A stretch of DNA of 63,042 nt, counting the filler, from Choristocarpus tenellus KU-1152 (taxonomy: Eukaryota; Protista; Phaeophyceae): NCBI GenBank assembly GCA_964200185.2. It is 8 parts of 8 records of this genome, joined end to end, with 100 filler letters (N's around TTAATTAATTAA, not from the genome) between each part and the next. Parts side by side here need not be neighbours in the genome. Positions count along the whole stretch, not along the records: positions 35,136 to 63,042 come from CAXNAD020000136.1; 7 more parts are not named here. The stretch is one strand, 5' to 3'. The notes beneath the pieces were generated by a model, which made no database searches, had not been told where the DNA came from, and saw only the letters and a program-made list of their open reading frames with translations. Positions 37,521 through 51,699 of the stretch are shown in pieces. How positions within the stretch are numbered: position 1 is the first letter of the stretch; each line of letters opens with the position of its first letter. The position numbers were made by a program, and so were the translations under genes.

Positions 37521-38029
37521 CATAACTCAAATATTTGAGTAGAAAATGACTTCCCGACATGAAAGATGAATCTTTGGTAAAGAAAGGCAAAGGATAGATA
37601 CCAGTGTCGGCCCTCTGCTTCCACAATGGCACTTCAATTCTCGGATAGTGTACCTGAGTCAGACTAAAAAAATGAGTGAGTGAACCCTCCCGTGTTTTAA
37701 AAGAATACAATATGTGTGTGTGTATGAGGTGGGGGGGGGGGGAAGTTAAAATTCACTAATCAATAAAACCATTGATTTGATCAGATATGATAGCAACAGT
37801 GAATCCTAGGATATGTTGTCCCAAATCATTGTTATGCGGTGGATTCCTAGGGTAATGACTTTCTTTGAAGCACTTTCGAGCTATATATTTCCACATTTCA
37901 TTCAGCCCTAGCCAGCCCACCTCTTTCAGTCCAATATTATGGGTCAAAAGTAAAGAATAGTTGAAGTAACTGGTCCAGACATTGTGACAGATTGAGCAGC
38001 AAAGCACTGGCTACTGTTTGCACCATCGT

Positions 38030-38600
38030 GCATTGAGGTCACATCATTCCATTAGTTCAGGAGTTGTAACATGGAGTTCATCATCTACTGATCTTCGAAT
38101 GAAACGGGATTTCGTGACTTCTAGCTTTTAGGGAATGAGACATTTTCTCCAGTGATCTGAGGCTGCAAGTTGAGTCATTCCTATGCAACATGGGATTATC
38201 TTCGCACCTAAGGCATCTGGGTTGCCAACTCGTCCAACTGGGCTTGGGGAAGTATCTCTTCAGTTGGGAATACCCTTCTTAAGAAAAGCGAATTAAGAGC
38301 ATCCATGTCAGGTTTAGTAACTACACCTTTATGAGGTTTTAGTCCACCCACATGAATTGTAACCTCACGTCAGTCTTCCGTGCATTTAACACGATTTACG
38401 ATGGTTGTTATACGTGCCTTCACTCCATAAGCTTCCCTACATGGAGATAGTAATTTGCGGGTTTAGTACATCAGCTCAAGTATGTGGTTTGTGAAGCCAC
38501 ACTTGATCCCCTGGCTTGTAGATTAGGAGTTCATGTTTTACAGCGTCAGGGTCCTTTTCTCAATGCCACCTCACCAACGTTTGGCTGGGTGAGTTTGTAT
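38030..38600 (-). mobile_element. Highly decayed copia RT/RNase H relic
   Basis: REAYG and EVTKSRFIRRSV-like remnants. Confidence 0.3.
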
Positions 38601-38949
38601 GCTAGCTGTAATTCTGCCACTGTTTTCGTACTGTATTCTTGTATGGTTATGGGGGTGGCCTGAGGAACCCCCAGAATAAGATCAATTGGCAAAATTGGGA
38701 GCCTACCAAACATGAAAAAAATGCATTGGTTGAACAGTGTTATCTTTAGACTGTGTTACATGTTAGGGGTACGAAGAGCAACAAGGATGCCCGATCAGAT
38801 TGGTCCATATTAGAATAGATCGTCAGCATACAATGCATTGTGGAATGAACTCTTCACAAAATTCACTCCATCAAGTCAAAACACCACCAATTGGAGATAG
38901 AACCTGTCCGTCACATACGCAGTTGTTCATATTTCACTCTCTAAATATC

Positions 38950-40500
38950 TCTTGTGCTAAGGAACCTGATTCTGTGTGGTGGGGGGTGATGAGAACCCCC
39001 AGAGTCGAGGTTAAGAAAGTGAGAGATGAGACTGAGGTATGCTGGGTGTATGTTGACAGCCTCAGAGTGTCATGTGCATCAATCTACACTGTGATTGGTT
39101 GTGACCAGTCAGAACAGAGAAACCACAATCTTGGGCTTTGCTGGTTTGTATCTACCGTTCATATCGGGGTTACTGCGAGCCGGTAGTGCGTCTGACCCAC
39201 ACCACATCACTTACCCTGGCCTCAATGGCAAAAGGTGATGCGCGCAAATGTATATGACTGCATGTATTATCCTCATCAGTTCGGGAGATCCCAAAAAAGG
39301 CGACCTATCCCTGACATTACCCCTCGCCCAGTGTGGATTCCATCCGACATGATCACAAAAGTGACTGGCCAGCACTTCATGTCGGACAGATCGTTTGGGA
39401 GAGAAAAAAAAGCATCCTGGTTGAATCAACTCAGAGAAAAGAAAAAAAATGAAAGGTGGAACACTAGTGGGGATCATCCTTACGTCGTCCTCTAGTCCAA
39501 GAGGAAATATCTGTGTTAATGGGTGGAAAGCACAGCGAAAAAAACGACACGGACCTGCCTGTCTCCTATGTGCCCCTGGGGATCAAAGTGAATGAAACAT
39601 TTGAGGTGGAAAAGAAGCTTCACTCATGCCCAAAAGAGGCTGTGAGGAGCAAGAAAGAGCAAATGCAACCGCTTGTACCATTTTTTGGCTTCCTGACCTT
39701 GAGCTATTGTGAAGTTATGTACTAGGTTTTACGGTTTCTTCAGTGTTTCCCAACCTAGCAACAAGCCCTTAGATATCATACCACATTTATGTCTTATCCT
39801 TACTTATTCTGGGGAAACAGAATAAGCAGGGCACCCTTAAATACTCTCATTTCTCACTCTCTCTCTCTCCTCCTGCTGTTCTACATTATTTTGCAGGGGC
39901 TCATGGGAGGAATACTAGAGACTTTGGCAGGGTAGCACATGCTTTGATCGCCAATAAAAGTCAACCAATCGATTGCTCTTTGTAGTCATAAATATGCGAG
40001 AGCGAAAGGTCTAACCCATTCTTGAAAATTGGCAACAGGGGAAAGTACAAATCCTGTGCTCCAGAACTCATGGGGGTAAGTCCTTGTGAGAAAGATGTAT
40101 CATGATCAAGGGATCAAGTACATAGCTACAGGGAACGTGGTCGGGTTTTGGTGAGACAATATGCTCATCTTTTGTTACTGGTTTATCCTTGACAGAGTCG
40201 CGGCAGTGAGGCTGACCTCCACACTCTCCAACGTTAGACCTGTGCAACAACTCGGAGTTGAATGAAGTTGTCATGGGTATCGAACTTCCGGTTCTCCTTG
40301 TATTCATCATCTTCAGCCAACACTTGATGGAGGGTCTGGTCCGGGTTACGTTGAAGCGTTAACTGGCCACAGCCATCATGTTCAAGCAAACCGCCGAAGG
40401 TGTATTAGTCCTTTTGACGGGGCTTTTGATCTGCATGTTCGGGATATTGGACTATCCTTCCTCTCAAACTACGCTCCCCTGATGGTGCTTTATTTCTCAA
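38950..40500 (+). mobile_element. Ty3/gypsy pol fragment (RT connection, RNase H, integrase), decayed
   Basis: ILGFAGLYLPFI (cf. FLG.AGYY..FI), TYPDI (cf. LAYPD), HHCC-like remnant and FVTGL (cf. DF.TGLP), in RT-RH-INT order. Confidence 0.55.
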
Positions 40501-40639
40501 AGTTGTCTCGGGTTTCTGACTAGGGTCAACAACCTTTTGGGGTTGCACTTCCTTCTTGTCCACCATTGTGGCATGGCCCTACATCTCTGGTGACCCCCAA
40601 ACACAGATCGGCGTGAGTACCACTGTTAAGGGGTCTGGT

Positions 40640-40987
40640 TCTGTGTGATGGGGGGTGATGAGAACCATCAGAGATGAGGTTAAGAAAGGAAGTGAGAGAT
40701 GAGAATGAGGCATACTGGGTGTATGTTGACAGCCTCAGAGTGCCATGTGGACCAATCTTCAGCATGATTGGTTGTGACCAGTCAGAACAGAAAACACAAT
40801 CTTGGGCTTTGCTGGTTTGAATCCACCGTTCATGTCGGGGTTACCACGAGTCGGTCGTGCGTCTGACTCACACCACATCACTTACCCTGGTCAAAATGGC
40901 AAAAGGTAATGAGTGCAAATGTATACGACAGCACGTATTATCCTCATCAGTGTCAGGACATCCCAAAAAGGCGACCTGTCCCTGACA
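40640..40987 (+). repeat. Diverged direct duplicate of 38971-39315 (gypsy RT segment)
   Basis: Colinear ~345-bp match (TCTGTG.G.TGGGGGGTGATGAGAACC...GCGACCT.TCCCTGACA). Confidence 0.9.
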
Positions 40988-41749
40988 CTTGCATAAATAG
41001 GAATATATTCTGAATGAAGGATCATCCTTAACTAGTTTATAGCGGAAGAACAATTGTAGAGGGAGCAGACCACAAACTCAGATTACTTCATGAACTATTG
41101 CTTTTGAATTGTTGCAGAAAGATCTCTTGCTTAATCATTGTCAACACATAGGATGAAATAGAACACACTTTACAAGGTAAGGAAACTGGTCCAAACCTTC
41201 CTACCTCTCAAGTGGTTCGGCTCGCATTCTGAATGAAGGATTATCCTTTACCGGCATTCAGAAGAAAAATCTCAACAAAGAGGTTACAGACACAGGAAGA
41301 AAGTGGGAAAATTCCATAGGAGGATGTACAGGTTGTGGACCTAATGTACATAAAGCAAGATACATGCCCACAGCACTATTGCCATGCATGTCACAGAGTC
41401 AGGCTGATATGGTTGGACAAGTACGTATTCTTCATTTTATCTACGTTTTTCTAGGTCTCTAATGGTGCATACTTTTTGGAAGGGATGGGTATGAAATTTT
41501 AGGTGATATTTAGTCAATCCCAATCCGAAGGTGAAAACTTCAAAATTCATTCAGGGTTAGGATATTTTGGGGCACAAGTGAAAGAGTGCTGTAATACTAG
41601 TAGTAGTTTTCCCAAACACAAGAAATTTAGTGCTATTACCGAATACGAACTGCTTGGTTACATGCGGCTAAACCAATATATATAGTTGACAAGTCATGCA
41701 AATACCACTTTGCGTGAAACATCCAACGAAACTTGACCTGGGAAAGGCT

Positions 41750-42100
41750 TTGTTTGTATCCACCAGTAGGGCATTCGTTTCTTCATACCCTGACCAAGTC
41801 ATCATTCCTCAGCATTGACAGCAACCTTGGTGATTGCAAGAACAGCGTGTTTACTTCACACCATCTGCATCCTCCCCTATCTTCGGTAACAACTTGAACA
41901 AGGACAGAGCACTTGCATCAGGTGAAGCAAATATTCGCGTACCTTGCAACAGACTTGTGGAGGAGTCTTTACCAATTATTTCGGCATTCCACCACTGCAG
42001 AGGAGTGTCACGCTCAGCAGTGAAGCTACCTCTGTAACACATACATCATACAAAGATTACTAACACACTACCTTCGAGTCCAGCACCACCGCAACATCTT
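41750..42100 (-). pseudogene. hAT transposase C-terminal dimerisation-domain relic
   Basis: TPLQWWN...RIFASPDASALSLF (cf. PL.WW...AR..LA.PASSA..ER.FS). Confidence 0.6.
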
Positions 42101-42989
42101 CCCACAATAAATCGCTTGTATGAACAATTTCGAACTCCTTGATCAAATTTTCTACTCCATAAACCAATGAACCCAACCTCAATCCCTTCAAGACACGACT
42201 TCCACACAAAGGGTATACCCATTAGTCAGTGTAGAACTCACCTGATAAAAAAAAAACACATAATCAACCGTTTCAACTCCGACTTTTTGTTTCTCACTCC
42301 CTCACTCCATACTAGTTGCTTCCGTATCATGGACATTCACCCATACACCTTGGAACTATGTGCAGTATTACTATAACTACCATAATTATATATTTGTGGT
42401 ATGTACACGTGAGTAAGCTATTATCCTATGAGTACATCCTATTGCTTCAATCTATCTGCAAGCCACCCTCCTGGCATGGGAAAGAGTACACCCCTCTCAA
42501 TACGTAAGCCCTTATGTCATACTCGCTTGAGTATATCCCACCTCTCCTCTGTAGAACCCAACAAATATCCAGACATGCCAAGAGAAAGAACGCATAAAAC
42601 ATCAGGGTAGGCCAGGGAGATATACAGCAGTGTATGTGGCAAGAGATGAGGTAAACAAAGACCATCAAGTTACCATGACATCATCTCAGTCCTAGCGCAC
42701 CTTGAGTACTAGACAATGTGGTAGAATGTGTTCTATGAATCAGAGTGCTTTCAAAACTACTAATACTCCCCACAGGATTACTGAGGGGAGTCAAAAACAA
42801 AGGAGAAGATAGACCAGGCGAAAAAATAAGGGTGGACCAAACTTTACCTCCTCAAGAAGCACAAAATTTCGAGGCAACAAAAATTAGATAGAAAGAATTC
42901 AAGAGTACAGATTCTTGCTTGGGACACATACCAGAAAAAATACTGCCATGGAAGTGTGGGTTGTTTATTGTTTAGTTTATGGGTGATTG

Positions 42990-43460
42990 GTCATGACATC
43001 TTTAAGAAGAGAATCTCCACGTTGTTGACAAAAATATTTTCCTTGAACAAGAAGTTTAGAAGACTACACTTCCAAAAGGAGCTACTGCGACAAGAGGTGG
43101 GCAAGATCTTACCCAGTGATGCCATGTATCTCTCCAGCTGTCCAATCATCTCATCCAGGAGAACTACGCAATCATGGAACTCATCGATGTCCTTCAACAC
43201 CACTGGTACCTCAGGTCTACCCTCACCATTGGCCTCCGCTTTCATAGGAAAATAGATACACATATTATTGCATAGCCATGGGTGGAGGGCAAAGAATTAC
43301 TATATACAATGGCCAATGAAGTATGGAATATGGGTCACAATGCTCCATCAGTTGTAGAATTTTTTTCCACTTAATGTGAAGGACACACCCATCAAATAAA
43401 AGTAACATAGGTGCAACGGCAGGTTCAATTGACAGGCTATTGTGTATGAACACTTATGTC
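42990..43460 (-). pseudogene. pogo/Tigger-type (DDE_1) transposase relic
   Basis: PMLLLFDGCVLH (cf. LL..DGH.SH), IVILCPPP (cf. I...LPP), SSFWKCSL (cf. SGF...G). Confidence 0.55.
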
Positions 43461-43899
43461 ATAAACTAAAAAAACTTGACCATGGCACAAGTTGCAAGGG
43501 AGGCATTCTGTTATCCATGCAGTCTGTTGAGCAAAAACACAGACTTGTACGCATTGCTGGGTGCTGAAACAGTAAAGGAGAAACACAAAAGTTCTTGTCT
43601 CAGATAGTCCAATGCATATACACTGTAGAACTCTTGATACACGTGGACACTCTGTATTGAATGAAGACTACGACATAATCGAAAACAACGACCATAAGGA
43701 TGGGATAGAACAGTGATCTAGACAAGGTAATTCTTATCATCTATATGAGTCATCCATGATGTAAACTTGACAGATTGGTTCCACGACGGGCATCAATCAA
43801 TCAACAGCAAAAGTAGGCCAAGGGAGTCCAAACACACATCAACCTACAGGAACAGATCACGTATGTTGAAGTGGTACAAGAGTGGCAGATGTACAGACA

Positions 43900-45400
43900 G
43901 GGCAAAACATCAGTCTCCTCATACTCGTATTACATTTCATAGACCTGACGAGATCGAAATTTTGATAGAAGCAATAAGGGTCCCCCGGCCTCATGAACGT
44001 ATAGGACATGGGGGGCAAATCCTTGATAAGAAAAACATTTGTTAACAAAAAATAGATCATACGTCCAGGGCAGTACGGACAAGCCGTGAAGAAAGTAGTG
44101 CGTTTCTGTACTCTCATTTAATCGCCACAGAGGAAGACACGGGGATACTTAGGGTGTAACCAACCGAAATATATCGGAAATCCTTGCTGTCACGAAGTAC
44201 CTCCCTATCCCCAAGGACCTCAGAACTCACCCGAAATGCGACTTTCATTGATTAATCCAATGTCGTGACGTATGCATTCAAAATCCTGTGCCACAGCCTC
44301 CGTTACTGCAACTGCTTTCGCCACGTCCGAGCCAGCGACTGCAGGAAACCCGTAAACAGACAAGTAGACATGAGCTTTGATGATGGCTGAGGTTGCATGC
44401 TTTCACGGCGAAAGTTGGGGATCTGGGAAGGCTTGTCTCATCATGTGATAAGTGTCTCATTTGCTCCCCAGGATTCCATCCTCTCTTCCGGTACACCACG
44501 CGGTACTACCCCAAGCAGTATCCCCCACCGTTTATCGGTTTGGGGACTCAACACTTCCAAAAGACCTAACATTAACTCGGTCGACCAGGAACTGTCCTCA
44601 ATGCTACGGTATCTTGTTGGTAGTGGTACTGACCCGCAGAGATAATATTCAACCTAGATGTCCTACTGACCGAAGCAATGGAAATAGATATACACAGTGT
44701 TGGCCATCGGTGATCCTGAACACAACCCCGTCATGACATCACCACTCCGATCTCATGCAACAATACAATTTACAGTCCTCATGAAATACTGAGAATTCAT
44801 TACTCACTGGAGAGCTGTACGCGGAACAACTCTCCTACGCCCTCAACCATCGCCAGAGCTGCTGCCCGAGTGGATTCTGTAGGCTCTCCATAAGCTCGAT
44901 CAGTCATTTCTACACAATGATCTATGTTATAGAAGTAGAAGATCAAACAATACGTGCAGTGACCAGTAAAGATGCACCTTTTCCTGTCAACTCAATATCT
45001 CCAGTTCTACCCCAGTTCAATTTCACATTGAACTACAAGCAGGGGACCACCCCGCTGCCTGTTCTGACCAGTCTACCACCTAGGGAGGAAAGCAAGCAGG
45101 AGTCAGGGCCTCTTTAGATGCATTTATCTTCGATGTGACTGTCGCTGTTCCCCGCGGATTGCGCACGGTCTCCTGCCTCAACTTCGACCCTTTACCATGA
45201 CCAACTTCAACACACCTTGTAGCATCCTCCTCCCTCTTTATCTATCCCACAATGGAGACCAAACGATTTGGAGTGTCTCGCATTCAGGGGAGATTCACAC
45301 TTGAATAACAGTCACCTATTGACCACCAAAGACGAAGGCATTGAGACGCAGGATGCACACGGGCATCGCGCCGTAGGTGGTGGACATGTAAGAGTAATAT
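43900..45400 (+). mobile_element. Degenerate RLE-type non-LTR retrotransposon (RT, zinc knuckle, restriction-like endonuclease)
   Basis: PGQYGQAV (cf. QYG.G), VTYAFK (cf. D..NAFN), GTPRG (cf. G..QG), NHRQSCC, FIFDVTV (cf. RLE DVTV), PTMET (cf. P...ET.G). Confidence 0.55.
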
Positions 45401-46705
45401 TGAATCATTTACAGAACCCATTTTCTGTGGTAATATGCATCGTGCCATCGAAATCGGCAAACTTCCCTATTTAGACTTTTGGGGTAACATGTGTTTCTGG
45501 TGGATCCCCTTCTAATTCCATGAGACCCTGGGTAACTTTCACCAGAGTTTTGTTCGGCGGGAGATGGCAACCTCTCGCTTGTGGTTGGGTGCTGAGGAAG
45601 GATCCTAGGTCTCTTTAGCAGAGTACAAAACTGATGAATAGTACGAAGCGCACAAAGAACAGGAAGCCCCCTTGCATGTCTTGTTGTGGAAAAGAAGTTC
45701 GGCATTTGTATATTTACACTTATTGTTGGATATATTATACTACTGTATTTTATCATCTTGTAGAAATGCGCGACCGTACGCTAGAGTTTCATCTGCTTGA
45801 TATCTCTAGGCATGTAGCTGTGGCATCAATATGTGGCTCTTGGACCTTCATCATAGCCATCACTTAACAGGAGGAAAAAGATAGACCAGTCGCATGTTCT
45901 TTTGGTGGTAGTGTTGTACATGTGTGGTGTTATAGTGGATATTCAGAAGTTGATCGCTGTCAATTGACCGTGGGAACAAGGCAGTGCTTATCCATATTTA
46001 TACACCTCGAGAACGACCTGAGTAGTAACAGCTTCACCTATCATTCGGTAGGGGAACTGAGATATTAACATGATTGTAAATTCGACAACACTCTGGTCTC
46101 CTCACACTGTCAGAAAGTGTGATGTTCCTCACTTGAGAAATAGATTCCCAGCATTTCAATGCAGTGTCCCTTCTTGCTAGTAGGGATGCTTATGGGAAGG
46201 GCAACACGATGCCACGTACATCTAAGTGGTTACCCTTCCTATACCTTAGCATGTATGTGCTGAATTAAGGATGGAGGAAAAGGAGTTAGAACATCAATCA
46301 AAACGAAGAGAGAGTTGCCCGTAGAGGGACTTACACTAAGAAGGGTGTGAACAATTTTTTGCCTCCGAAGCAAGGACAGGATCAGCGCTTGGTGAACATC
46401 CCACTGGCTCTTGACCTGATCAGGGGGAAAGTTCTAACTTCCACATCATGAGCCTGACACCTCCCGCCACTTTCCCAGATGTTCTCCTGGCCACATTTCC
46501 CTGATACCTAGTCGTAGTAGTCTTAAGTCCCCTCCCTAGTACATCATGTGCTTTTATTGTCGGTGATGGCAGGGTGTCCATAGAACCTACAGTTGTGAAT
46601 TGTGTGGCCTAGAGAAGAATTATGGGAGCATTTGGGATGGGTAAACATTGAGGTGTGGCGCTGCAAGAAATGTAGGTCCTACCCAGTCAGATCAGAAGAG
46701 AGTAA

Positions 46706-46947
46706 GAGTGAAAGTATTTTGCCTTGTTTGTCCATTTGGGGCTTGGCTTCCCATGGGTTCTTTTATGACATTTTCCTACTCCAAAATATATAGGAGTACG
46801 TAAAGTGTATATGTTGTGAAAAGGTGTGTTTGGAACATAGATGTTGACACTTCCTATCAAACACTATAGCCAAAATTACATCACTATCGCAACATTGGAT
46901 TTTGGCCCCCAAATGGACGAGCTCTACCCTCTAAGATACTTTGACTT
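46706..46947 (-). mobile_element. MITE family A copy (small deletion in one TIR)
   Basis: GAGTGAAAGTAT...TACCCTCTAAGATACTTTGACT. Confidence 0.88.
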
Positions 46948-46949
46948 GA

Positions 46950-47600
46950 AGGCGCCCATAAAATCTGATCTTTAGTTGCTGCCTTCGAGAGATTGTGATG
47001 AGCAAAAGCTGATTAGCCTCTTTTATGGGAAACTTTCACCCAGTTTTCGATCATGTTATATTTCCTTTCCTCCAGACCTCGACTGGGACTTCCTGATCGA
47101 GAAAGATATGCTTAAGATTGTGGAAGGAGGTAAGATTTGAGGAGTGTGTTTTGTGGAAGCATACGGGAATTCAGAACCGTGGGATACAGATGGGGAATAG
47201 TGAGGAATTGATGAGAGCATGTATGGCCTGGATCCACTAGGTGGGGCGGTAGGTGTTTCCAACCTGGACAAGGTCATAACTAGGGTTGGCAAGCAAACAT
47301 AGTGCATCTTTTTTTGCTTCAGGCCACATCTCCCTCAGGGATCGAATCAGAGCACGAATCGGAAAATACAGGAAATCGACCAAAAGATATCTTACTACTG
47401 GTACAGACAGAGGATCTTCCTGAAGGATATCGAAGGAGAGAGATGTATACTCAAGACTGGCGTGGGGGCCTTCTAAACACTTCCCCAAACATAGCCCCAA
47501 GCTATCCGAGTACATGTCTATTAAACAGTGGTTTTCGATTTGTGGTATGGACTGTTCGTGTGATGGTAAATGCTCATGACCAGTGATTGTGATAGCTGCA
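46950..47600 (+). mobile_element. Decayed copia RT-RNase H relic
   Basis: RYLTTGTDRG (cf. RYL.GT...G) and YTQDWRG (cf. Y.D.DWAG). Confidence 0.4.
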
Positions 47601-50600
47601 GTAGTATTACACTGTGTATAAAGATCAGGGGAGTGTGTCAAACAGTGATTTGTGCTTCGTGCTATTGACACTTTTGTGTGATAGTGAAAGGTATAATTGA
47701 TATAGTGTACTTTTGGCGAAGTACATTTAAGAAGAGGTAGGATCAATAAATTGATGACAAAGTAGTTTAGGTTGATATTGCCCTCATGGACAAGTGTAGC
47801 TCATTTCATTCTGAGCAGTGGATTAGTAACATCTACAGCCAACCCTTTGAAGCTGGGAGTCATCATTGTCATTTTAACATGCTATGAACAGACTACTATA
47901 TAAAGTGTACATCTGATTCTGGTATTGAGGGTTGGTAGTGTTGTCTACTTGCTAGGAAGAAGTCACCCCATAACTTTCAACAGGAGTGTGGGACTTCAAA
48001 ATTGTAGTGGGGATGCCCTGTGTGAACCAGCGTGTACCCCGGTTTAACGATTAACCTGGTGTAAGTTCCTGGGTTACAGGATGGCCTACACACTATATTG
48101 AGTCAAGTAGGGTTATATTCACCCTTACTAACCATCTTGTCCCCTCACAACTTTGGCATCGTAAAAAAAAAAGGACAAGGGATGGGAGAAAACAAGGCCT
48201 ATCTTGGTTTTGTTGGGGCATTGTTTTTTTAATANNNNNNNNNNATGGGAGTTTACAAGGCCTAGCTAGGTGGTAACGAGGCTGTGTTACCTCAAAAAAA
48301 TGCCAAAATCTGTCTTACTTCAAAGCCAAAGAGTGATACAAATATTAGTTTTTCTTGCTTTGGTGTGGGCATTCTTTTAGAATGCGAAGGATAATAAATT
48401 GGGTAACCTTCAGTATCCTACTGGAACCAGTTCTCCTGCCCTCAAAATGGCTGCCACACCCAATAACTTCGCAGCAGAGAAAAAAAGGTTCAGATCTTTC
48501 TCACAATCTGAAGAACAGAGGATTCAAACACAGTTTTCACTGCTGTACGTACCTACTAGTAGTTCCAGTTTTTTACCTACGAATTAGTACGTAACATACT
48601 GTCCAGACGTTGCATACACTGCTATCTTGTCAGGCAGGAGGAGGTCAGGAGCAGAAGACCACCAAACTAGGGATTCTGTATGCCAAGTTTGTCACTCAGT
48701 TACTTAGAGGTACTGGACGTATTACCATTAAAGTCTGCCTTACGAGTGGGTTTGCCCTTGAAATTATGTACTGTATACTACCCGTACTCCGAAGAATTGT
48801 GTATTGCCAATGGCAAATATTGCTTGATGCAACATTTTTGCATGCATGTATTTATTTGTTGCAAACAAGAACAGAAAATGACACGGCTACCCTTCTAGGC
48901 TCAAGGGCCTCATCCCCCACAGGGTACAGGCAGCAGTAGTATTGGAAAGAGCTTCTAGATGAAACGCCACATCCATGCACTGAAATTCGATGTGAGAGAG
49001 AACTTGTCATCCTATAACGGGAAAGCTGCCCATTCCTTGCTCAGATGTGATGCCTAGTCTCTTCATCTTTCACAAATAGGGAGGTGCCCAAGCATCTCTA
49101 ACCCTATGCTCCCATGTCATGACAGCCAGGAGTTATGCATGAGGAAATGAGCCACGCCATACACATTCCTACATAGTATTGCCTTTGATTAGATCTCTCT
49201 CTCTCCATGAATATAGATAAAATCCAGAGTATTCATACATGACGCTTGAAGTGATTGACACAGAAATACTGTCGTCCCCATAGGTGACAAGACCAATCAT
49301 CTGATCCATTTTCCCAGAGGGTGGTACAAAGGACATAATTGCAGTAACCAAGACTTTTTCAAATGATAATATATAGCGAAGAAAAAATGGTGCGTCATAA
49401 AATCAAACATCAAAAAACATGTGTAAGGTTAGCAAGGTTTGGGGGGGTTCGAGTCATACAACTGGTGAAAGGGCAGGTCCGCAAAATTTTTACAGACAGC
49501 TAGCATTGCACGAGAGGTGATTTGGGCACAAAATGCGAATTCAAAAATTACAAACTGCCAACTCTGACTGCATCATCTTACGTGGATGTTGGAGTGTGCA
49601 TCAACATTATCATAGCACATTGTACATTTTTGGTTGACCTTGGTAATATGAACCCTTAGTACCCTGAGAGGACATGCCCTTTTCCAAACCCTCTTCACTA
49701 ATGTTGTAGAACACAACAACAATTCAGTGATGCATACTTGGTGCATTCACACCAAATGTTTGCTTTAAAAACTTCCCAGAAGCAGCGCTAGGCACTTTGC
49801 CTTGCACATACACTTTGGTTTTTCAATTATATTCAATTGATACTACCCACAAAATACAACTCAAAACACTACATTTTTAGGCTGTGACACGAAAATACAT
49901 TTACAAGCATACATAGAAAGTGTGAAAGGATAGGGTCACAAAAAAGCTGTTGAGCAATTCCAGTGACCAGTACCTCGTGGAGAGGTTATTACACTCACGC
50001 TCTTGTGTGCATTTATGTGTGTGTGTGTATGCGTATGTGGACAGCTAATCGGGTGCACTACCCAATGGTCAATTGAGGTGATATGTTGGGGTTATATGCT
50101 GTGTGCACATGTATGTAGGTATTGAGCACACAACATGTTGTGTTTTAAGCTAACCATTCCAAAATAGCTAAGGTATGTCAGACAACAGCTACAACTACCC
50201 ATACAACAAGAGAGTAAAAATTGTAGGTCTGATTGAGTCAGTACGTCTATACAGAGACAGTCAAAGTCAGTGCCTCTTCTCAACGTCAAATATTGATCAT
50301 ATCATCTGCAGGAACTCTAGTTTCCTACATAAAGCCACTAACAACATGAGCAAATTTATAAAACGACTGCATTTTCAAGCATACAAAAAAAAAAGGTGTA
50401 GATGTAACAGCATTGCAGTTTGAGCAAGACCAAGGAGCAATGACAAGGCAATACCACATCCTTCTACAATCAACCATGTTTGATTCAACAGAAGGATGGA
50501 CTAAAAAGGCCAGTCAAGGCACTCATACTCCCTGCTCAACAGTTGATCATTGTAGTGCTCACACGACCTTAACTCCTGCCCCATCGTCGTGACCTTCTCC

Positions 50601-50720
50601 TTGCTCTCTCACCCACTCTGTTCCCTTAACCTTCCAGGGCCAATGCAACCTCAAAGATGAGAGTACCCCTGCCCCACCCCGAACCCCCACCCCTCGTTCC
50701 ACACGACGTCTCCTACCAAC

Positions 50721-50804
50721 CTCAGCGTTGGACCTAAACTGCTGCCTTTGCAACTCAACAATAGTGCACCGACTACGCTCCAGCTCCTTCTCCTGGTGCC
50801 TCAC
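50721..50804 (-). CDS. Coiled-coil protein exon (VRHQEKELERSRCTIVELQRQQFRSNAE)
   Basis: cag|84 nt|gttggt, phase 0-0; continues the 56104 exon. Confidence 0.7.
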
Positions 50805-50874
50805 CTGTTGAGGCAGCACAGGGAAGGGAAGGATATCAACATGAAACCTACGTACTTTAATGATGGTGGCAGGG

Positions 50875-50907
<33 letters not shown>

Positions 50908-51699
50908 GGGGGGAGGGGGGGGGAGGTCTTCTGACCATCTGTGGAACGCAGTCAAACAGAGAGATTAGCATGCTCAAGAGGAGTAGATCCATCATAACCA
51001 AGCTGTCTCCACTTCAGGAAAGGGGAAGCTCCAACCAACACTAAGTTAAAGTTGACAAATGTCTTTGACAGCATCACAAATATATTCATGGGTCTGTGTA
51101 AGTGTTCCGATATACCAGGGGGGTTGAGTTCCACACACATAGAGTGGGGTTGAGCAAGGGAGAGGAAATGTGGCCACAAGAATGAAAAAAATTGGGTATG
51201 CTTCAGGGGGGCTTCAAGGACAAGTGAGAATCCCATCATGTAGCTTGCTGCAGCAATCCACACAGAGTCCTGCAATTGATTCTTTATGAGCACCTTGGGA
51301 AATAATCTCTGAGGTTCAGTTTGACCCTCTTCACTGATGACAGCAACCAAGGGAGGCTGCGAAAGGCAGTGTGATGGATAGACTAATCAGAAATATGGGG
51401 AGATCAAGGAGTTATCCCTACTTCACACCAGGAGTCCATGCTGCCAAGAAGCAGCCATGACTTTGAGAGGATGGAAAAATATAATATTCAATGACAACAA
51501 TGCTCTCTTCCTTACTAGCCCCAGATCTCTCAGTTCAAACTCGGACGCAACTTTTTAGATATCCAACTATATATTTTTTTTAAACATTGCCAGAAGGAAG
51601 CACCAAATACCTCTATAGGTCAAGATAGAACATTTGCTCTTTGGGAGTCACTACCGGTGTGCACTATGAGACTACAGATGTCGAGAATATTCTCCGTTC

